Positions 55,121-64,000 of a stretch of DNA of 64,000 nucleotides are shown one piece after another (position 1 is the first letter of the stretch; every line of letters starts with the position of its first letter). The stretch spans positions 18,104,001 to 18,168,000 of the forward strand of contig OX442314.1 in the NCBI GenBank assembly GCA_949358305.1, read 5' to 3'. The notes under the pieces were generated by a model that had not been told where the DNA came from, made no database searches, and saw nothing but the letters and a program-made list of their open reading frames with translations. Position numbers and translations under genes: made by a program. The stretch comes from Strigamia acuminata. Taxonomy: Eukaryota.

Positions 55121-55782
55121 TTTGTCGTGTTCATTGACATTTTTTATGGGTTTAAAAATATCAAATATTTTTATAAATTGTAATATTTTGTGACTAACTT
55201 TTAATAATGATTTTGTTATTTATTAAAGTAGAAGTAAATCATGAGTAAAAATTGTAGTTACTAATTTAATGAAATTGCTCTTATTTTGTAATAATAATAA
55301 TAACGTATGAAATTGTAGCGTGTATTTTAATGTATTTATTTATTTTAAATTGTTTAATAAACGATGAAAATAAATAATTTTTGATTTAATTTGGCTTCAA
55401 AGTTCCATTTAGAGAACAAAGGGAAGGCTTGGGTAAAACAAATATGCAACTTGTAAATTGGTTATGGAAGTCGTGAGACTAGCACGCGTAAAGATGGAAC
55501 TTTTTAATCCATCCCATTTTTGAAACAGAGATTACTTTTTGGCAAAACGCAGTAAAATACATGCCTGTAGTTTGCCGACACCTCGCGGTAATTTGTGGAA
55601 ACTAACGTTGCATGGCGCGATAAACTCGAGTGTCGTTTCAATCACAGTTTGGTTGCTAAGCAACCAAAAAATCTTTCGGGAGGATTTGGTTGCGTGAGCA
55701 CAAGACAAGAATAATTTTCTCTTGATTGTTTATAGAATGTAGAAAATGAATAATTCTATTTGATAATACCAGAATCAGCAGT

Positions 55783-55820
55783 CAGGGCCGGATTTACAAT
55801 TGTGGAGGACCCAGGGCACA
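55783..55820 (+). mobile_element. Possible MITE terminus remnant
   Basis: CAGGGCCGGATTTA...GGACCCAGGGCA resembles a common non-autonomous DNA transposon end. I found no matching second end or TSD. Confidence 0.3.
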
Positions 55821-57835
55821 CATACTGTATATTTAATATATATAGTGGAAAAGGCCTCACCCACAAAAATCAATTGCCAGAACAATATTGAAAAATGTAG
55901 GAAAATTTTGAAATTGTTCACAAATTCTGCCAGAAAATGTCAAATTTAAAAATCCTAAGTTTTTCAAAATTCTTTTGCTCGTTGCCACTGGTGGGGGGGA
56001 GGGCTCAGTTACCCTGCCATCAGTTCATTTACTTCTGATTTTACTAAACCGTTTACAAACTTTCGTGAGCATAATGAGAATTGAAATCAGACTAAGAAAA
56101 GGCAATAAATCAACGATGAATACACACGAGATAAAACAAAAAAAAAAACCTTTACGTTTAAATTTTTTTTATTTTTCTCTTTTTCACAATCAATCAAATC
56201 AATCGATCAATAAATAAATAAAACACGGAAAATAAAAACTTGTATGAAGAATACTGTAAATGAAATTGAAAATAACACCAAGAAACCGTGTTATTAAACA
56301 CACATTAGCAAAACCGGGAGCTAATTATAATTTTCACGAGAGTATGCCAAAGGCTCAAAATTATTAATGACGAAAAGTGGATTAATAATTGCTGAGGAGG
56401 AGATGAAAATCAGTATCATGTAAAAAAAAAATAAAAATAATAAGACAGGATATTGAAAAGGAAAGTAAAATGCTTAATAACTTTTTTTTGTTTACACGTA
56501 GCAACGACAGAAATAAATGTTTAATTGGAACAGACTTTCAATGCCGCATGTGGAACGAAAAAAAATAAAAACGCAATTTGTAAAACCAAAAAAAAAAAAA
56601 ACGAAACAACAACTTCTTTCTTTCGATAAATTAAAGAATTTGCAATTTATAAATAAATGCTCAACATAAAATAATTTTTTATATGAATAAATAATCAAAC
56701 CAATGCGTCGTCACCTTATTTTGTCAGGTATAAATGTTTAGAACAAAAAAATTAGAAATAATTTTGCCAGGTTTAGCACTGGTCAAGATAGATGAAAACA
56801 CATTAGATTAGAGGTTGTTAAGTTAGAAACCCATGGCTATTTTCGAATGTCAATTTTCAAAACACGTCGGAGGAACAAGCCGCTTCTTCTGGATTATCAT
56901 TTAGCAGCTTTAAATTGTATTCGCTTTGTTTCCTCGTTTTGTTTTCATATTTGCCCACATTCTATAGTTGAATTCACAAATAGTTTCATAAGCACACCTG
57001 GATGAGTCATGATCGATTATCTGTGATCCGATTAAATAGAAGTTGACAAAACACCTGAATAATCATGCCAAGCATGATCATTCAGTTCCTTCCACGAGAA
57101 AGCTTACGAAATAAAACTTCTTTTTTTCCATCATAAAAACACATTACACTTTTCATATATTAAAACTTAAAAGGCAGTTTTAAATTACCGCATAACAATA
57201 GCTTTTAACCTTCTGATTCAAGGATCAAACTGACAAACGCAATGTAAAAGCAATTAAGTGGAGTAAAACAGCGACCTCGAGAGCAGAAAAAAAACACAAT
57301 CATAACAAAAAAGCACAAAGCAAATTTCTCACACTTCTTTGCATTTAATAGCGCAGAGTGTAGAGGGGAACTGGACGTCGCCGTTAAAAAAACATGCCGT
57401 TTTTTTCTCGCTTCGCTACAATTTCCTCACAGTTTCACGCGTGACTGAGCGAGAGGGTCAGTTAATTGGTTGACCAAGGACATGCTTGAAAGCGTCAAGT
57501 AATCGTTTATAATCAATTGATGTCATGACTAATGAATGAAGTTCAAAAGTTAAAACAGATAAAAACTTTTCAACCGATTGAGAAATCTTCAATTCAAAAC
57601 TGTTAAAAAATTTAAAAAAAAATTAAAATTAAAAAAAAAATTAAATTCAAGTCACAAATGTGCCAAATGTCCAATTAGTTGATGAGATATTTGGAGCAGA
57701 AAAAATCCGAAAAACTCAGATGTGACCATGACTCACATGGCCATTCGATAAGGCGCCAAGGCACACACACCCGTTATCAACACCCCTCCCCCTGCAGGTG
57801 AGTTTTTGCCTCGTCTATCGGCTTGTCCTGTCGAT

Positions 57836-57866
57836 GATGGGAACTCGGCGGACGCTTGTTCCCACG
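57836..57866. promoter_or_regulatory. Su(H)/CSL paired site (SPS) #1
   Basis: ATGGGAA-N15-TTCCCACG head-to-head, flanked by E-boxes CAGGTG (57795) and CACCTG (57877). Confidence 0.65.
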
Positions 57867-58325
57867 GGGTATCGCACACCTGGCACTTGACGTCACATCG
57901 CACTCCAGCATTCCAGATTCAAGCTTATGCGGCCATGAATGAATGAATGAATGAATGTCTACACAAACAAAAAAAAACACTCATTACTGATTACTGTAAA
58001 AATTGGAAATAAAAATCAATTTTTTAAAATATTTTAATATATAAATCATATTATATTGCAGAGAATTAATTTAATTCTGAGAGTGAATAAATTGAATAAA
58101 ATTTCCTGTTGTCGATTTATTTGGATAAAAAATTGTTTATTTGCCACGTGGTTCGGTCTCGTATGCGCGTAAAAGTGCATTGTGGATTGCGATTGGCGAT
58201 AAGTGGACATAGCCATGCTTCCGCCTACTGCGTGCAGCCACGTGCTTACGCGTGGTCGACTCGCGCTCGGCCCTCGCCTCAGGTGGCGCCCCAGCTGCCC
58301 CACACACGCTACGCACATGCCGCTG

Positions 58326-58356
58326 CTGGGAAGGCTGTGAGTCGCACATTCCCACG
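58326..58356. promoter_or_regulatory. Su(H)/CSL paired site (SPS) #2
   Basis: CTGGGAA-N16-TTCCCACG, with nearby CACGTG, CAGGTG and CAGCTG E-boxes. Confidence 0.6.
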
Positions 58357-58973
58357 CTCAACTCTAACCCTGATATTTCTGCCTACCTGCTGCCACCTAC
58401 CTCATGCATACACTCGACCCACGCCCGTCCTCCCTCTTCCTCCTTCACGCTCACACAAAACAGGTTGTTATACAGAGGGGATATGGAACGTGTGCCCATT
58501 GTTAAAAGCCATGCGGCGCTTGATATGATCATTATCAGCCGTTCAGAATCAATTGATAAAACAAAACAATCGCTCGCGATACCGAAATTCATTCCGAAAT
58601 CAATCACCCAATTTTTTGTTTAGAAAGTGACATTAAAATTAAAATTTTAAATCGATAAAAATTTATATAAAAAGATATAAAAAAAAAATTATTTAAAAAA
58701 AAAAAAGTAAGTTTTAAAATTTACAAAAATTCCACAAATTTTTTGCGACAATTCCTCATTTGTATCTGCATAAACATTTCGGCACTCGAAACGTGAGATG
58801 ACACAAATTCGCAAATCGGTTGGTCATCATCATCACACCCACCCTCGAAAAAGGCAGCAAAGACTCTCAGTTACCAGGGGCAACGAACGCCAGATGCAAA
58901 GGGGGACTCGACATTCCATCGTCAGCCAAGCGCGAACGACCCTGCAGCACAATGCGCGCTTCCTGGGACCCTG

Positions 58974-59044
58974 CGTGGGAACTCGTTGGGAAGGCGAACG
59001 CCAGCCAGTTCCCACGCCAGAGCACGAGACCTGCTCGCACCTGC
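58974..59044. promoter_or_regulatory. Proximal Su(H) sites / SPS #3 with N-box and proneural E-box
   Basis: CGTGGGAA (58974-58981), TTGGGAA-N16-TTCCCACG (58986-59016), CACGAG (59023-59028) and GCACCTGC (59037-59044). Confidence 0.7.
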
Positions 59045-59059
59045 TCACTGCTAAAAAAG

Positions 59060-61604
59060 GGGACAGGATAATTTGCGGAACCGCGGAACTGGCGGAACAG
59101 GCGGAACCGATGGGTTTGAGGAAAACCTGGAATCGCCAATTCTGCGGAAACGGCGGAACGGCGGAACAAGCTGAACAAGCTGATCGGGAGAAAATAAAAT
59201 TTGTAAATTACTGTTGTGTTCGTGGTTGGATACTGGCACGTAGAAATATATATAAAAATATATATTAGAACAAAAAAATAAAATAAATAAACGAGTGGGT
59301 TTTGTTTTAATGTATTAATTTTTCTTGATTTGAAAAAAACAATGTACCACTATGTTGTAAAAAATCTCCCATTAAACAGATAGATACTAATTGCTAGGAA
59401 TAAATCATTTATTAGAGAATGCCATATTCACACTGAGCTCATGTTTGAAATTGATTTCGTTTAAACGCCTAATTTTTTAAGCTTTTTACGTTAAATTTTT
59501 TTTAAAAAAGCAACCGTAATTACGTGTTAAGCTAATTTTAAAAAGTTGTAAATCTTTTTGCAGTTGCAAGTAGATAAATTTTATGTAGTTCTTGTTATTT
59601 TTTTTTAAACCTTACAAAATACTCGTAGTTGATTAATTTCACTGAGACTATAACTGCTGGATGTCATGGGGAGTTTTTCACATTAAGTGTTAAAATATTT
59701 TCAACAAATCAGTTCTGAATTTTGGATTTTGGGGCTTTTGGTAGGGCATTTAAATTGATGTATCAAATTAGTCATAACTTATCAAATTGAAACAAAAACA
59801 TCGAAAACAAAGAATATCCAACTCGTTACCTTGGAATTTGTAATTTTGTAAGATTGCTTTTGTAAATTTTAATTTTTAATTTTAATTAATTTTTGCCTGA
59901 CCTCCATAGCTATTGTTCAGCCGTTCCGCCGTTTCCGCAGAATTGGCGATTCTGTGGAAACGACGGAACGGTGGAACTAGATTGTTTCATTGCCAAATTC
60001 CGCTGAACAAGCTGAAATATTGTGATCAGGCCAAAAAAATATCAAAATTAAACAAAAGTTTAATTAAATAAAAATTACCAAAAACAAAAATAAATAAAAA
60101 TCAATAAAAATAAAAATAAATAAAAATAACCCAAAATAAAAGTACGATTGAAGTTTTGATACTAAATAATCTTATTTATTTATCATTTTATCACGAGTTT
60201 TGTGCCTAAAAAATTAGATTTTATGCCTAACTTTCGTTTTTTTCAATAAAAATAGTTTTTCCGTTTGATAAATTCGTTTTAAACCGATGCAAATTTATTA
60301 ATTGAGACTAAAAATTGATTTTGGCAAAAAAATTGATTTTTGGTGAAAAATTTCATTTTTGGTGAAAAATTTCATTTTTGGTGAAAAATTTCATTTTTGG
60401 TGAAAAATTTCATTTTTGGTGAAAAATTTCATTTTTGGTGAAAAATTTCATTTTTGGTGAAAAATTTCATTTTTGGTGAAAAATTTCATTTTTGGAGAAA
60501 AATTTCATTTTTGGTGAAAAATTTTATTTTTGGTGAAAAATTTCATTTTTGGTGAAAAATTTCATTTTTGGTGAAAAATTTCATTTTTGGTGAAAAATTT
60601 CATTTTTGGTGAAAAATTTTATTTTTGGTGAAAAATTTCATTTTTGGTGAAAAATTTCATTTTTGGTGAAAAATTTCATTTTTGGTGAAAAAATTCATTT
60701 TTGGTGAAAAAATTCATTTTTGGTAAAAAAATTCAATTTTTTGAGTCAAAATTTAATTTTTTTCTGTCAAAATTCAATTTTTTGAGTCAAAATTTAATTT
60801 TTTTCTGTAAAAATTTAATTTTTTTCTGTCAAAATTTAATTTTTTTCTGTCAAAATTTAATTTTTTTCTGTCAAAATTTAATTTTTTTCTGTCAAAATTT
60901 AAGTTTTTTCAGTCAAAATTGAATTTTTTGACTCAAAAATCAATTTTCTGACTCAAAAAACCCTTTTTCGAACCACAAATGAATTTTTTGGTCAAAAATT
61001 CATTTTTTTGGCCAAAAATTCATTTTTTTGGCCAAAAATTCATTTTTTTGGCCAAAAATTCATTTTTTTGGCCAAAAATTCATTTTTTTGGCCAAAAATT
61101 CATTTTTTTGGCCAAAAATTCATTTTTTTGGCCAAAATCAATTTTTTGTCTCAATTAATTAATTTGCATCGGTGTAAAACGAATTTATCAAACGGAAAAA
61201 CCATTTTTATTGTAAAAAACAAAAGTTGGGCGTAAAATCTAATTTTTTAGGCACAAAACTCGTGATAAAATGATAAATAAATAAGATTATTTAGTATCAA
61301 AACTTCAATCGTACTTTTATTTTGGGTTATTTTTATTTATTTTTATTTTTGTTGATTTTTATTTATTTTTATTTTTGTTGATTTTTATTTATTTTTGTTT
61401 TTGGTTATTTCTATTTAATTAAACTTTTGTTTAATTTTGATATTTTGATTACAATATTTCAGCTTGTTCAGCGGAATTTGGCAATGAAACAATCTAGTTC
61501 CGCCGTTCCGCCGTTTCCACAGAATTGGCGATACCGGGTTTTCCACAAACCCATCGGTTCCGCCTGTTCCGCCAGTTCCGCGGTTCCGCAAATTATCCTG
61601 TCCC
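59060..61604. mobile_element. Non-autonomous foldback/MULE-like composite element (2545 bp)
   Basis: ~110 bp GC-rich TIRs (GGGACAGGATAATTTGCGGAACCGCGGAAC... / ...GTTCCGCGGTTCCGCAAATTATCCTGTCCC) built from GCGGAAC repeats, and a 9-bp TSD CTAAAAAAG (59051-59059 and 61605-61613). Internal long inverted repeat ~59949-60330 versus ~61130-61526. No transposase. Confidence 0.9.
60341..61140. repeat. Three adjacent minisatellite arrays inside the foldback element
   Basis: 19-bp GGTGAAAAATTTCATTTTT about 20 times (~60341-60725), ~21-bp TTTTTTTCTGTCAAAATTTAA variants (~60740-60960), and 20-bp CATTTTTTTGGCCAAAAATT about 7 times (61001-61137). Confidence 0.95.
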
Positions 61605-61725
61605 CTAAAAAAGGGGAGCACGCGCCTGCCTCACGACATTCCGATACTTGGCAGCAGTGTGTGCACATCGGCTCCTGCTTAGCTCGCAACTTAACCTCAA
61701 CAGAACACAACTACTCCAATCGAAT

Positions 61726-62536
61726 ATGGATACTTACAACGACGTTGAAGCTGAGATCAATTCAGTTATCGCTGAACGTGGAGTTACCAAAGCTTCAGAG
61801 TACAGAAAGGTAAATTGACAATACAATTTTCGACAAACTTTTCACGTTTTATTTCTTTTAACGTACAATTTCCTACATTTTTCTTCACGAATATCCAAAT
61901 ATCTAAATATTTATTTTCTTTATTTTTAAATAGGTTATCAAACCGCTGTTGGAAAAAAGACGTCGTGCACGTATCAACAACTGCCTGACCGAATTAAAAG
62001 ATTTGCTCGTCGAGACATACAAAAACGACATCACCGAGCCGTCTAAACTCGAAAAAGCCGACATTCTCGAACTGACAGTCCGACACTTGAGAGAACTGCG
62101 TCAACAACAACGTGTCATCGTCTCTACTCGACGAACCGATGCCAACGATTTTCGTGTCGGCTACAACGAATGTGCCAGCGAAGTGGCCGCTTGTTTGGGA
62201 AACATGCCCGGACTCGACACCGGCGTTCGCGCTCGACTTCTCACCCACTTGTCGAAACGCGTCAACACACCAATCACCGTTCGACCATCAATGGACTTGA
62301 TTCACGCGTCGGCCCTAACGCCCCCTCCGTCGCCGCGAAGCTGTACAACACCAAGTGATACGGATTCCACGCCTGAACACACCTATCTGATTCCCCAACG
62401 CAACGTTACGCCACCACACAGGCCTGCCGAGTACACTTTGCCGGCCGGTTACGTGAGTTTGGCCGTTCTGATGTCCCATAAGGATTCGCATCATCAACAA
62501 CAGACCAGTCGTACACCTGTTTGGCGTCCGTGGTAG
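61726..62536 (+). CDS. HES/Enhancer-of-split family bHLH-Orange repressor (2 exons)
   Basis: Exon 1 61726-61809 (MDTYNDVEAEINSVIAERGVTKASEYRK), intron 61810-61933, then VIKPLLEKRRRARINNCL..SKLEKADILELTVRHL, the Orange domain (FRVGYNECASEV), PLTPPPSP-like ALTPPPSP, and terminal WRPW. Confidence 0.96.
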
Positions 62537-62563
62537 TGTCCAAGAGGTCTGCTCAAAGCTCTG

Positions 62564-62571
62564 CTGTGATA
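62564..62571 (+). promoter_or_regulatory. K-box (miR-2 family seed match) in the HES 3' UTR
   Basis: CTGTGATA 27 nt after the stop codon; this is the canonical motif of E(spl)-type 3' UTRs. Confidence 0.6.
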
Positions 62572-64000
62572 AACAGAAACTCGAACATTTTTCACGGACT
62601 TGTAAAGCCTTTCCAAAGATAATTTAATACAAATGTTTCTATTTTTTAAACTTTTTTTATGAAAAAAAAAATATCAGTATTTTTAATGTGCAAAATAAAA
62701 CCGATTTTTATATGAAAAAAAATTAAATCAAGTTGTCCTATTTCGTTACTTGATTACGAATTCAAAGTGCAAACTGCACATGAACGATTGCGCGTAATTC
62801 TCAATTGATAAACATGTTGAGAAAAATATTGTTTAAAAAATAATATCGTGAGTCATCAGGTGCCTCACCTATTCTTTGTAGCCACTGAGCTGTTGCTGGG
62901 TCAATCAGGAGGGTAATAACTCGGGGGGCATCGAACATATGGCTAACAGTGAGGGATACCACCGAGTCACATGCGTGGGAACATCAACAAATGCCACACC
63001 CCAGTGTGCACGTGCCTTTTAACCGCAGTACAAATTCCAGATCGATGTATAGATTGCAATGAGATATCGCTGATTAATCGACAGATATTTTCTACCACCC
63101 ATCTTCCAAATCCGAACCCCACCCATTTCAAATAATTTAAGAGATTGAGATAAACAGACCGTATACACACAGGCGTTGTTTAGTTTAGACAGTGGGCGTT
63201 TTTATTAACTTCAATTGATGTGACATGAAATACATTGATAAATAGTCAAGTGGTCTGTATATATAACTTTAATGCTCTTCACCATTGATTATTCCGATTT
63301 AATCATTAAAAAATACATTGAAACGCATTGGATTGCAATGATATAACGAAATCATAACATTCTTATTGCATTTTTACTCCCTTTCGGTGAAAACAGAATT
63401 CCAAATCTCATTTCCTGGAGTAAAATTGAATACATTTTTATCGATAAATAAATTTTCACAAAATCAGGTGTGGGACGAGTTCTCGTCAATCCAGACTGTG
63501 TGTTGAAGGACGCATTCAGCGCTGTTATGCATCATACACATCGTCACTATGTTTGCAATGTTGCATTGGTTATCTCGCATACCTTGAATCTTTGGACTAA
63601 GTCTAGATAAACATTTCATTTCAATGAAAAAATATATATCACTCTTGTCTCGACTCGAGACTGGTTTGGGTGGGTTCTTGAGTTTGAGTAAAGAATTGGG
63701 TTGAATTTTCCATTCTATTCATGCACAACAGGATTTTAGGGACCAGGATCTTCTTACACCTCTCACCTCAGACTCTCCTTTGGCCTCTATAATCTATGTT
63801 AGCAGAATGTTGGCTGAGGCCAGTCACGTGCAAACTTGCCATCCACTTTAAAAGTTCAAATGACAAACGATAATGTTTTCAAATGCCTACTTACATAGTT
63901 TTTTTGATTTGTATTCTCAAATCATTTTTCATCGCACATCTTTCGTTTTTACGGCAATAAATTAATGTATTAATGCTTTCCTAATCAAGCTGCAATTTAC

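Noticed and set aside
58046..59268. Several overlapping ORFs (e.g. 58798-59268, 58109-58528)
   Set aside because: They arise from GC-rich regulatory islands and the TIR, with no domains or splice structure. The same peptide recurs on the opposite strand at 61468-61710 because of the inverted repeat.
60341..61140. Regular repeats as a possible CRISPR array
   Set aside because: The units are head-to-tail with no unique spacers, the context is eukaryotic, and there are no cas genes.
60701..61235. ORFs 60701-60922 and 61008-61235
   Set aside because: They are simply translations of the minisatellites.

Overview
This window is eukaryotic, not prokaryotic. It is AT-rich and gene-dense, with mostly 55-100 nt spliceosomal introns, and looks like a compact invertebrate genome. 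The Wnt4-type gene argues against an insect, but the species cannot be fixed from the sequence. I reconstructed 14 multi-exon genes by eye, so exon boundaries are inferred. In order they are: an SLC7A14-like cationic amino acid transporter (CAT, +), a divergent CAT paralogue (+), MICOS10/Mic10 (-), a multi-pass membrane protein (+), cyclin L (-), SDF4/Cab45 (+), PPIL1 (-), Wnt4 (-), RNF207 (+), NBL1/DAN (+), a P5B ATPase (ATP13A2/3-like, +), a third CAT (-), PCED1-like (+) and a HES/E(spl) bHLH-Orange-WRPW gene (+). There is also a nested antisense IL-17-like gene inside RNF207, an orphan Cys/Pro-rich exon after Mic10, and several DNA-transposon derivatives. Most notable: (1) a 2.5 kb composite foldback/MULE-type element with a 9-bp target duplication sits in the TATA-like box of the HES gene, separating it from three Su(H) paired sites; (2) the intron-nested IL-17-like gene has a cluster of NF-kB-like sites upstream; (3) most genes have human relatives on 1p36 or 3q25-29; (4) there are candidate poison exons in cyclin L, a uORF-rich leader on the P5B ATPase, and a PCED1 lacking its catalytic His.
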